NCBI RefSeq assembly: GCF_000315625.1
Contig: NW_005434543.1
Span: forward strand, 1-46,431
Source: Guillardia theta CCMP2712
Lineage: Eukaryota > Protista > Cryptophyta
DNA: 46,431 bases
Reading direction: 5' to 3'
This document shows, piece after piece, positions 1 through 11,543 of the stretch. Every line of letters starts with the position of its first letter. Position 1 is the first letter of the stretch. The notes under the pieces were generated by a model. It worked only from the letters and a program-made list of their open reading frames with translations. It was not told the origin of the DNA and ran no database searches. Made by a program: the position numbers and the translations under genes.

Positions 1-224
1 CCTCCCTCCTCCCTCCTCCCTCCTCCCTCCTCCCTCCTCCCTCCTCCCTCCTCCCTCCTCCCTCCTCCCTCCTTCCTTCGCCCTCCTTCCTCCATCCACA
101 TTATTTTCTCTATTCCCTTTCCTCCACCCTCTTCCCCCCTTCCTGCCTTTTCATCCATAATCGTCATCCCTTCTCCACCTAAACTTCTTCCTTCACATCT
201 TACGCCTCTCACGTTTACTTTCAG

Positions 225-1135
225 CTCTTCTCCCAGCTTCCTTTCCACGAGATTCTCATCTGCGACAATCTCCTCTACTGCATCTGCCTCCTCATGGAGC
301 TGGCAGGTATGCCTGTTGCTCTCTTCCCTCCACCTCCTCCCTGTCACACGCCACACTCCTTCATCCCTGAGCCACCTCCCTTCCCCAGACTCCCTCTCCT
401 CCTTCCTCCCCTTTCCTTTTCGTCGTCGTCGTCGTCGTCCTCCTCCTCCTCCTCCTCCTCCTCCTCCTCCTCCTCCAATATTCAGCTCTTCATCTTCCCT
501 TTCCCTCCCTCCCTCCCTCCCACCCACCTGACGACCATGGTAGCTTTGGTGCAGCTGCGGGTGACTCACCCTGAGCTGCCTCGGCCTTTCAAGATTCCCT
601 TGAAGATCGTCCCCCTCGCCATCATGTGCATCCTCCCTGCCTCCTTCTGCTGCTTCGTCCTCTTCACCAGGTGACCTCTGCCTCCTAGCTCGGTGGAGGA
701 GCTGCCAGGCTGTGCTGACAGTTGCCCGACAGCTCCGTCAAGATCATACTCGCCGCCCTCCTTCTCGTCGGAGTTGGGGTGATTCTGTACGGGGTCAGAA
801 CCTTCGTCCTGGTCGAGGTGGATCGAGGAGGGAAGGAGGGGCGGGAGCAGATGATGGGGCGTATCAAAGTCTCCCCTGAAGGGAAGAACTGCCAGCTGCT
901 GCTTTCCTATGCCGCTGCCTCCTCTATCCTCTCGCCTCTCTCGGCTGCCTTCTCCTTCACTCGGGGTTCAGTTCATTTCCTCCCGGGCCCTCCTCTCTGG
1001 GCCTCCTCCCCTCCCTCCCTCCCCTCCCCTCCCTCCCTCCCTCCCTCCTCCCTCCTCCCTCCCTCGCCTTCCTTCCTCGCCTTCCTTGTTCTTGCAATTT
1101 GCTCAGCTGTCACTGTGTCGGAGTCACGCGAGTAA
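225..1135 (+). CDS. APC-superfamily amino acid/polyamine transporter (plant PUT/RMV1/LAT-like), 3' exons only; 5' part lies outside the window
   Basis: Splicing 225-306, 544-670 and 733 onward gives LFSQLPFHEILICDNLLYCICLLMELAALVQLRVTHPELPRPFKIPLKIVPLAIMCILPASFCCFVLFTSSVKIILAALLLVGVGVILYG. The 'LRxxxPxxxRPFKIP' motif followed by two TM helices is typical of APC C-termini. GT-AG boundaries keep the frame. The last exon and stop are uncertain. Confidence 0.8.
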
Positions 1136-1239
1136 CGAAACCGTCATCATGGCATTGAAGTCTCAGGCTTATTACTGCAATGTCATCTATTACTAATGAG
1201 CTCCCTGGGTTGTCATTAAAGCCTCACACAAGATAACTT

Positions 1240-1790
1240 GAGTCACGACACGAGCCGCTCAGCGGCGGGCCGACCGTCTCAGTTGCCCAGTGCCCGCGGC
1301 TCGGGTCACGGTAACACTGCCGCGGGGGTGGCGGCCGCTGATGGAGCGCACTGCGGTATGCCAGCCGTGCCAGTCAGATAGCGCCGAGTTAACAAAAACT
1401 CTCCTGTAAACCAAGACGACTTACGTGGCAGGGCGGCCATGTAGTACGTGTGATGCTAAGGTCCCCTCATGTCTGGATGCTTGGGTTTCACATCCTAGCA
1501 TACAGTCTATCTCTCATGTGCTCCTCAATTCTGGTTTCGTGTGCGGAACTTGGAAAACTGGAAACTTGTGCTCCGTCAGCCGCGCCCGGCAGCCTGGCGG
1601 CCCGGTACGCGGGCCGGGTCCGCGCGACGCAGTGACTGCCAGTGCCCAGTGACTCCTGACTAGCAAGGTACCGACAGCGAGTCTCTCAGGGACGTCACTG
1701 ACCGATCCGATCGCCGGACTCAGTCCCGGATGATTTCGGAGTTCAATCCGGCGAAACCGAGTTGACCAACCTCATCCGCCTCAGGCATTT
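1240..1790. promoter_or_regulatory. CCGG/GACT-rich intergenic island 1 (function unknown)
   Basis: Non-coding GC-rich block dense in CCGG, GGCC, CAGTGA/TCACTG, GGACTCAG and CCGATCCGATC. Confidence 0.5.
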
Positions 1791-3119
1791 TCGGAGTATA
1801 TTTTCTTGACTGCACAGCTAATTTGAAATTTGAAGGAAATAATGAAATTCTTATATGTACTTTCACCCTGACATTTCATCCATACGACAACGCCTCCTCC
1901 AATTCCACCCACCCCACCCCACTTTAACAAAGATAAAGCGGCCGTACTACCCCCTCAGAGCATCCACCCCACCCCACATGAGGTCTGTAAAATGCTCGTA
2001 TCACCCCCACCCCCAAGTACCCCATGTCCCTCCACAATCCCACAGGGTCTTATTTCCGGGGGCCATTCTAAAATGTTTTAAAAATCGACATTGGTTTTAA
2101 AGTGTGTACAAGTAAAAAATATCTTCGCAGAATGTAGGTACATAGCCCAATGATAAGTAAAACAACAGTACATAATTATGGGTAGATATTTGAATACCAC
2201 TTTGGTAGTTCTCCTTTGAGTTATTATTTTTATACAATGAATGTAGCGGCACATGATACTGATACGATACGCAAAATTGTACGAAGTTAGAATAACATTT
2301 TGTTGTCAGTAATATCTCCAGGGTCGGATCCCTAAAACAACCAGAATTAAAACTCCAGTATCGAACCAACCTACTACCATCGGCCCCCTTTATAAAACTC
2401 AACCGGCATTTTAGAACTGTTTTGAGAATACAATAGTTTTTGATTAAATACCACCCCCATATCCCTTCACTGACCTCTACACCCCCTTTCTCCTCCCACC
2501 CCAAAGGAGGACTCCACCCTCAATTCTGTATATCTCCACCCCCACCCTTTCCCACGATTTGTCTACCCTACTTTCCCCTGCTTTCAACCCCCTTGCTCCC
2601 CAAGAGCCTCCTTTGTACCACCCCTATAGGACGAACCCAACTACATGGTCCAGTGAAGACCACCCATGCTATGACCAGCCCCACCCACATTTGAATCCAA
2701 CAAGTGTCGACCCACCTCTTATCCCTACGTCTCTCCCTTTATGACCCAGCTATCCTTGTACCCCATGCTGAAACTCTTCAGTACCCACCCCCGGGAGTTC
2801 TTTTAAGTACCTACCCTCTAAATGAAAATCGCTACCCCCCATACTCATCGACTTCCGTCGCTCAGCAATGCTGAGCAAGTCAGCATGCAGAGGGGCAGGA
2901 AGGAAGTCGGGTTCGTCAACTAGTTTCCTTCGTTTCTCCTCCTCATCCACCGCCTCCTCTTCCTCTTCCCTCTCACGATCTTCTCTATCTGCTCTAGCAA
3001 GCTTCTTTATCCCTTCCACCGTGTTTCCTGTTGGAAAACGCTGGAACTTTCCGATGCCAAGTCTTCCTCGACGTAGAAGACTTGCTGGCTACCGTCACAA
3101 TGCACACTTGGATTTAGCC

Positions 3120-5968
3120 ATGACACTCGTCGTCCTCACCTCCCTGTTATGGTCGGTTGAGGGCTCCGATCCGCATTTTTCCCGCTGCAGATCTCGGCGG
3201 CGTCTTCCACCATGCCCACCAGAATCCTGCACCTCAGAGGCGGTGGTGGGGAGAACTGGTATGGGCGGCTGAGAGGAGGGCAAGTAAATCCTGCGACAGC
3301 TAGTTTTGTGCGTGAGCACGACCTGAGCACGACGGAGCGTCTTGAAGATGTATACAAGGTAGAGGATATCCTTGGTGAGGGGGGATTCGCAACGGTAAGG
3401 TCAGCGAGGCACAAGATCACGGGGAGAAAAGTCGCGGTGAAGACAATCGACCTGTTCAAAATCCAGACGGGGAAGTTGGACATGCTTCGGAATGAGGTCA
3501 ATGCTCCTGCCATCTACCGCATTGACGCCACCTGACTCGTTGTGTTGATTTGCTGGGATGGTGTTGCAGATTGAAGTCATGAAGATGCTCGATCATCCCA
3601 ATATCGTTCGGCTGTATGAGACGTACTCGGAGAAGGAGAAGCTGCACCTTGTGATGGAGCATTGCGAAGGCGGCGACCTCTTCGACTTCCTCATGAAGAC
3701 TGTGTGTAAATCTTCTGTCCCTGGCCAATTTTGAATATATTGTTACAGAGCATTGAAGAAGGCGGATCCAAGACGTGGTCCGATGGTCAAGGAGCAGAGT
3801 ATCAGCTCACTGAGCGCGGGATCTCAGAACTCGTTGCGAAGATGCTGAGTGCTGTCAATTACCTGCATCAAAGAGGAATCGCGCACAGAGATGTAAACCT
3901 CTGTGACCGGCCTTGTTAACCATTGACCTGGCTGCAGATCAAGCCCGAGAACTTTCTCTTGGAGTCGAAAGCATCGCACGAAGGGTTCGGTGAGATCAAG
4001 ATAATCGACTTCGGATTCAGCAAGGTTTTTCATGGAACCAACGATCTCCATAACATGCTGGGATCGCCTTACTACGTCGCCCCCGAGGTGCTGTCCGCGT
4101 CGGACACGAAAGGGTAAACCGAGATTATTTCCGTTCTTTTGGCTGATCTGTTGTCCTGCAGGTATGGACCGCAATGTGACATCTGGTCTCTAGGGGTCGT
4201 TATTTACACGATGCTCTGTGGGCAGCCGCCATTCTACGGCGACGACAACAACCAAATCTACAAGGACATTCAGACTGGCGAGTACGAATGGCCAGAGGAC
4301 ATCGTGGTCTCGAAGGAAGCAAAAGATTTCGTCAGTCAGATGCTTGTTCTTGATCCTGAAAAGAGAATCACGGCAGCTGAAGCCCTGCAGCATCCTTGGA
4401 TCACTTCGGCATCGAAGCTTGAGGTGAATCCTATCACTTCTCGGATGCTTTCCCAGCTCTCCAAGGTCCGTGATATTGGCAAGCTGAAGAAGCAAGCTCT
4501 GCTCGCAATCGGATACTCGCTTGACCGCGAATCGATCCGACAAATGCGAGAAACGTTCCGATCTCTAGACAAAGAGGGCAAGGGACTCATCAGCTTCGAT
4601 GACCTCCACAATGCCATGATTCAGGTACTTGATGGTCCTTTGGGCAAAAGCCGCTTCTTGCAGTTCTAGTAACTCCTAGACAGTTCGGCATGAAACGTGA
4701 ACAAGTCGAAGAGCTCTTCATGTCGATCTCAGAGGGCAACAGAGATGGAATGATCGAGTACACCACGTTTGTCGCTGCATGTCTGGAGAAGCAGACGTAC
4801 TTGGACCAGTCACAAGTGTATCACGCATTCCACAAATTCAAGGACAAGAGTGGATCCATCACAGCTGAAAGCTTGCGCGAAATTCTCGGAAGGAGGTTCT
4901 CCCTCCAAGAGGTGGAGCAGATGGTGCAGGAAGCTGACCTGACCGGAGATGGGAAAATCTCTTGGGGAGAATTCACGCTGATGATGGGGAACAGACTCCC
5001 AGTCTCCAGAGTCGCCTGGAGGGTCCTCCCACTCTTCGAGGGGCTGTCTGCAGACGAGGTACCTCTCGCTCTCTCCCGTGCTCATCACTGAAGCTAGTTT
5101 TCCAGGTTAGCAGAATCATGGAAATCAGCACAATCCAGAACTTCAGCCCTGGGGTCGACATCATAGTCGAGGGGACTGAGGCACAGTCTTTTTTTCTGGT
5201 GGAGGAGGGCGAGCTGGAGGTCAGCAGGAGACGACACAAAGACATCAGGCAGCCCAAAGCTGGAACTACCTCGCTAGCCAACAGCCCCCCACGGAAGGGA
5301 TCGCAGCCCGAAATCGCACACCATGCGGATGAGGATGCATCGCAAGTGCAGAAAGATATCATCGTTGTGCTGGAGGCGAAGACGGTAGTTGGAGAGATGG
5401 AGCTTGTGAATCCGGACAAGGTCTGATCCCTCTCAAATCCTGTGTTCGTTGTCTGACCTGTCGCGCAACAGACACGGTTTGCAACCGTGACGGCCCTGAC
5501 ACACTTGAAGACGAGGGAGGTCGGTGGCCGCTTGCGACACTCGGGCTCTTGACTCCTTGGTGCAGGTCCCTTATGCCGACTTCAAGTCTCTGATGGAGAG
5601 AGACTATGCCCTCGGGTACAAGGTCATGACCAACATCGCGAGAGTTGCTGCCAGATCGGTTTACGAGGTCACCCTAACCCCTCCTTCGGAATCTTCCTTC
5701 TCCCTCTCCTGCCCTCCTCGTTCTCCTCTTCCTGTTGTTCTTTCCTCTCTTTCAACTGTAGCAAATCTCTCCCATCGACGCTCGAGGCTTGTGGGGTGAC
5801 TGCTGCATGCAGATGAACAAGAAGTACTCAGACTGCGGAGCAGCTCTAGACTTGTACGCCAACAGCTTTCAGCGCCGTTGTGACTCCAACCTGGGTCAGA
5901 GCATCCCGCGGTGTCAATTACGTAGGGCACCGCAGAGCAAGAAGGTTGAAGACGATGCAAGGACATGA
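3120..5968 (+). CDS. Calcium-dependent protein kinase (CDPK)-like kinase with EF-hand domain, C-terminal cyclic-nucleotide-binding (CRP/cNMP) domain and probable N-terminal signal peptide
   Basis: Kinase motifs across about 11 exons: LGEGGFATV, VAVK, DHPNIVRLYE, HRD|IKPEN, IIDFG, GSPYYVAPE, DIWSLGV, RITAAEALQHPW. These are followed by a junction (KLKKQALLAIG), four EF-hand-like loops (best is DLTGDGKISWGE) and a cNMP fold (LPLFEGLS...IIVEG...FFLVEEGELEV...VVGEMEL...RFATVTA). The start ATG (3120, or upstream at 3054) is uncertain. Confidence 0.9.
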
Positions 5969-7385
5969 GACATAGATCCAGGAGCAGCGCGGACGGGTAT
6001 CTCTACAGTGTACATAACTCTTTACTGACAAGCGGAAGACTGCGATGGAATCAAGTCAAACAGGCTAGTTTGCTCTCCTCGTCCTAGCAAATGACGCATG
6101 ACAAGACGAGGAGACAGACAAGGGGGAGGAGGACGAGGTTGAATCGATAAGGCCAGGAGGAGGAAGGTGGTGAACGGATACATATTAAAATGAGAGTAGG
6201 AGTTGTTACAGGCGTGAAGCGAACAACATGGTAAACTTGATTAAACGAGCTAGCAAAATTATTTTGACTCCTTTTTGCACAACACGACTTGTCCCTGCCC
6301 CTCCACACTTCCATCTTGTCTCGTTGGCTCTCTCACAATCCCCGCCCATCTCTCCCCTCCTCCCCCCCTTCCCTCCCATCTCTCCCCCCCTCCCCCCCTC
6401 CCCCCCTTCCTGATCAACGGATGAACAGGAAAGGACATTTCATGCACATAATATTCTTTGTTCATAAACTTTACTGTATGTAATAAACATTTTCTTGATG
6501 AACCATAAATATTTACTGCAGAGCAATAGAAATGGCAGTAAACTCCTCAAAAAGAATTGATTTTTATTGCTTTAAAGCTTTGATGCTAAAATTTTGAATT
6601 GATTGAATGGAAAATTACAAGTTTAAATGGACCATTTTAATTTCTTCACCAAAGTTTGAAACAATTCTGAAATCGAGGACAAAGATCCGGCCTATGAAGC
6701 GCCGGGAGGGGTCGCGACAAGACAGGGAGGAGGAGGAAGAGGAGGAGGAGGAGGAGGAGGAGGAGACGGGAGGAAGGAAAAGACGATCAAGTGAAGGCGG
6801 ACAAGGATTCTTGGTTGACGAGATCATAAGGATTTAGCTGAGCTTGAGGAGGAGGGATGAGAACTAGCGCAGGGTGGGTGGGGGTAGGGGGGGCGCAACA
6901 GGACCAGGCCGGTGGAACATGCTCGTCAGGAAAGGATGAGGGTGAAATATTGAGATGAAGGACGAGGATCCATGAGAAATGAGATGCGTTGAAGAAGTAA
7001 AGGGGATGTGACAAGGAGGAGGAGGAGAAAAAGGATGAAGAGCGTGGTGGCCAGGGCAGTTACAGGTTGTACTTCTGCCTGGTGAGGAGTAAGATTCATT
7101 AGGAACGATTGATGGATGCCACATCTGTTGTTTGTTTGAGGAAAATGATGGAACAAGACGAAGAGGGATCTCTTGTGATGCTCTCCTCGATCATTGCTCC
7201 TGTTTTCACTTTCAGTTGTTTAATGTTGATAGTGGATGCTGAAGTCGCTTGCTCCATGTATCTTCCATTGCACATTTCTTGTTGGTGATCGAGGACGAGC
7301 TCAGGATTATCTTGTCTCTCACACGTGTTGATCCTTGTTGACATGTTCTTCTCAGAAATCTTCTATTTCATTCTCTCTGATCAAC

Positions 7386-8986
7386 ATGGCAACAAAGACT
7401 GCGTTCGATGACCTCGGACCAGAAGCAAACAAGGTCATGCCCTCTCCCCCTCCCCCTCCCCTTCCTCCTCCCCCTCCCCCTCCCCTTCCTCTCCCCCTCC
7501 CCTCCCCTTCTCTCCCCCTTCCCTTCCCTTCCCTTCCCTTCCCTTCCCTTCCTTTCTTTCTGTTCCTTTCCCTTGACACACTTCTCCCGTCTCCTCTCCT
7601 CTCTCTGACTACTCTGTTTTAGACTGTCGATGAATTCATGGAAAGTGCCGCACACAACTTCAACCTGAGCCCTAGCGCCACACCTCCAAAGGTGACGATT
7701 GGATGTCCCTGTCTTGGCTTGGCTTGTCCGCTTGCGTTGTGTTGTGTTGTGTTGCCATCTCTTAAAAAGAATCGAATGTTTATCTTTCTTTCCCTTTCAT
7801 CTTCGATTCGTTGACACCTTGTGTGAAGGCTCCTGCGGATATGGGACCTCCAAGTCAGATACTCTTCTACCTCCTCTCTGACTCCTCTACCCTCTCCTCC
7901 CTCTCCTTCGCCCTCCGATACACTTTTTGTCCTCCTTCCACTCTTGTTTCTTCTCGACCCTTCCCGTATCCCTTCAACCGCTCCTTTCACTGTCCTCTCG
8001 TCCCTTCAGATTTCTTCTCCGCTCTTTACTCACCTCACACTCCCAGAGGATGCTCACGAAGCGAAGGAGAGGGGCAACGCGTGCTACAAGGCTCGTCAGT
8101 ATGCTGAAGCTGTCGGCTACTACGAGCAAGCCATCAAGATGTGAGGATCGGCTGCGAGGCCCAGAGCTCACGTTGGATGTCAGGTGCGACGACACGGAGC
8201 AGCTCAAGATCTACTATAGCAACAGGTGAGAAACAGATAGCCAAGCTCTCCCTCCCTCCTCCACGTCATCCTCCGCTCCCTCCCGTCTACCAATGATCAT
8301 GCTTGAATCACATGCTTGTGCTGTCTCTGCCTCTTGCCACCTCCCTCACTCCCTCCTCGCAGGAGCGCAGCCTACTTTGGCCTCAAGATGTTCATCGAGT
8401 CTCGCTCGTGATCCTTCGCCTCCTCGGACTCCCCTTCATCCTCACTTCCTCGCAGAGACGCGATCAAGTGCACTGAGCTCGACTCCATGTGGGCCAAGGG
8501 ATGGTACCGCAAGGGCCTGGCGGAGGAGGTGAGGGAAAGACCCAGGGAGAGGAAGCAGGGGCATGAACAAGGCGGAAAGGAGGGAGGAGGAGGAGAGGAA
8601 ACAGGGGGATGGAGGAGAGAGGAGGGGGGGCGTTTTGATCAACTTCACAGGGCCTCGAAAAGTATCACGATGCCGAAGAATCCTTCCGAATGTTCGCATC
8701 TCCTCTGTCTCTTACCAACTATGATCTCCTCTACTTCACCTCCCACTCCCTCGTCTCTCTCCTCCTGTCTGTGCTTCCCCCCCCGCCCCCGCCCCCCGCC
8801 TCCCTCTCTCCTCCTCCTCTCCTCCTCCTTTCCTTCCTTTTGCTTCCCTCCTCTCCCAGTCTCATTCCCGACTCTCCTTGTCTCCCTTGTTCCTCCCTCT
8901 CACTAGCCTCTCTCAGGGGTGTCGACTGCGCCCCGCGCGACGAGGCGCTTCAGCGGGCCTTGCAGGAGGTCAAGATGATGCTGTGA
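7386..8986 (+). CDS. Tetratricopeptide-repeat (TPR) protein, carboxylate-clamp/co-chaperone type
   Basis: Spliced exons give AHEAKERGNACYKARQYAEAVGYYEQAIKM, IYYSNRSAAYFGLKMF, DAIKCTELDSMWAKGWYRKGLAEE, GLEKYHDAEESF and DCAPRDEALQRALQEV. This is three TPRs with the K..GN / NR / K...R clamp residues. Confidence 0.85.
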
Positions 8987-9281
8987 ATGCTTCAGCTGGG
9001 GTGGACGGCCCAGCTGAACTCGAGCTGGTACGAGTTGTCGATTGCTAACAGCAGCTAACAGACAAGAGCAAGTAGTTTGCGCGTCTCTTGCTGACGTCAC
9101 ACAGCCTTAAGTGTATAAAGTTGAATAGCAGACTTCTACCCAGCTGCCCTCCAGCAGCCTTCTTTGCTGGCTGACCCTCCTCCTACTACTACTTGTTGCG
9201 TCCTGCTCGCCTGCTAAGCCGAAGAGGAGGAGGGAGAGCAGAAGCTCGGTCTCTGGGCGTTGAAAAAGATTCGCGAGGTCG

Positions 9282-10808
9282 TTACGACACGCTTCCTCGC
9301 GTTAACTGGACCTGTGGCAACGATTGAATCACCTCCTCCTCTGATCCCCTCCCTTCCCTTCCTCCTCCACCTTCTCCCTCCGCTCAGGTCTTGCTGCCTG
9401 ACAGTCTCCTCCTGCTCTCCCTCACTTACATCGATCATATCGTAGCGGATGTTCCCTGTTTCCAATACACTGATAATGCTTCAGACTCCTCGCCCTCCCC
9501 TTCTCCCTCGCCCTCCTCTCCTCCTCTACCTGTCCGTGCTGGCATGCTCGTTCCTCGGAGTCCCTCCCTTCTGCCACAGCTTAGGAATCTGCAAAGAACT
9601 TCTCAGATAACGAGGAAGAGGAGGAGGAGGAGGAGGAGGAAGGGAGAGGGGTAAGGACCTTCGGTCTACTGTCCTCCTCCTCAGCTCGAGGATTTCGTTT
9701 CGTATCCTGCCGTGAGGAGCTGTCTTCATCCTTCCCCTCGTCTTCCCGCACAACCACCTTGAAGAATAGCGTGACATCTCTTCCTCTCTGCTCTGCTCTG
9801 CTCTGCTCTGCTCTGCTCTGCTCTGCTCTGCTCTGCTCTGCTCTGCTCTGCTCTCTCCTCGCCTCGTCTCGCCTCCCCCCGTGGTCTTCACCTTCCTCGC
9901 AAATCGCAGGTGTATGGAAGTCCCTGGCGTGCCGAGCATGAGGGGTGCGATCTCTATGATCTGAACGAGACGATGAGTGAAGTACGGGGGAGGAGAGAAG
10001 CAAGAGAAATAAAAGATGCTGTAAAATGGGCGGGGCAGGGGCAGGGCAGGGAGATGGACGGGAGGGGAGGGGAGGGGAGGGGAGGGTTCTTGTTCTCACC
10101 GGCCATCTATGGACGTCCACATGGTTGACTTGCATGAGAACATCGCCCTCCTTGAGCTGTCGCTCCAACATCAGTGAAGAGGCTGGAAGGGCGAGAGGAG
10201 GGATGGACAGGGGAGGAGAGGAGCGAGGAGAGAGGAGAGGAGAGGAGAGGAGAGGAGAGGAGAGGAGAGGAGAGGAGAGGAGAGGAGAGGAGAGGAGAGG
10301 AGAGGAGAGGAGAGGAGAGGAGAGGAGGAGAGAAGAGGGAGCATCTTAGAGGAGAATAATCGTAAAGTTACCATGTTGCTCTTCTCTGCAGAGCTGCGAG
10401 GCACGAGACCCTTTACCTGTTCTGACATGAGAAGGGCGAGCAAGAGTGGGAGTGTGGGGAGGAGGAGCAGGAAAACGAGCATGACAACGAGGATCAGAAG
10501 GAGGGGAACGAGAACCGGGAAGTGGAGGTGGACAAGGACGAAACGAGAAAGAATTTTCCATACCACGAGTCCTCCTGTTCCGTCGGACGCGAAAACAATG
10601 CCCACTCCAACCTGACGGGAAGAAAAGATTCATTCGCCATGGCATCGAGACGCAAGGAGCAGGCGCGCGTGTTAGCTTCTCTGCTGCATGTTCCCACCTT
10701 GGCTGAAGGCATCGGTCCCGAAGGACGAGAGGACAAGGTCGACTGCCTCTGAAACTCTTCCTTCTCTAACCTCTGGCTGCAGCAGTCGAAGACGGCGAAG
10801 AGCGACAT
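9282..10808 (-). CDS. Small PDZ-domain protein with N-terminal di-cysteine (possible S-acylation)
   Basis: Minus-strand exons give MSLFAVFDCCSQR..., VGVGIVFASDGTGGLV|VKGLVPRSSAEKS, LKEGDVLMQVNHVDV, MLGTPGTSIHLRFAR and ...IDVQLTRGSVS*. These match the PDZ pattern (GxGI loop, G-D-x-L-x-x-V-N, GxxGTxxxLxFxR). Internal exon structure is partly uncertain. Confidence 0.75.
9785..9855. repeat. (CTCTG)n intronic microsatellite
   Basis: Perfect pentamer array in an intron of the PDZ gene; similar array at ~27628-27685. Confidence 0.95.
10225..10330. repeat. (AGGAG)n intronic microsatellite
   Basis: Perfect pentamer array. Confidence 0.95.
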
Positions 10809-11408
10809 CTCGAGGAAGAGGAGAACGAGAAGCGAAGAGAAGACGAAGATCAAGGAGTGCTCCGATAAGGGACAGGCGACAGCAAAGAGATGGAAGGGAG
10901 GAGAAATCGGGATCAGGCACAGTGAAGCAAAACCGAAGGGACCGGAAGAAGTGAAGCAAAAGGAGAAGGAGGAGGAGGAGGAGGAGAAAGGACGGAGGAT
11001 GCAAGGGGGTCCAGGAAGGAAAGATGAGAAGTAAGGGAGGGAGGAGGGAGGAGGGAGGAGGACGAGGGTCTACGGTGCAGGATGCTGGAAACTGTGCATG
11101 GTGAGTTCTACCGGGCGGACATGGTGGGGAGTCAAAACGATTTACAACCTTAGGGGTGGGGTAGTCTGAAAATTGAATTCCCAGAGGGGTGTGGGGCCAG
11201 CGGAACCGAATAGGGGTGGTAATTTCATAATAAACAGATCCATTATGGGTGGGTACTGGTCACAGGACTCCGGAGCCGTAACGCTTCCTAGGGGGGTAGG
11301 GGTACGGATGATATAGCGGGATCAGGACACCAGGGGTGGGTAGTACAGATTTGGATATGGCGGGGTAGGGTAACCAGACCATTCAAAATGTCGGGGAAGG
11401 CAGGAAGG

Positions 11409-11543
<135 letters not shown>

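Noticed and set aside
1-75. C-rich repeat at the window start as a telomere
   Set aside because: The (CCTCCCT)n unit is the same intron microsatellite type seen elsewhere and precedes an internal exon.
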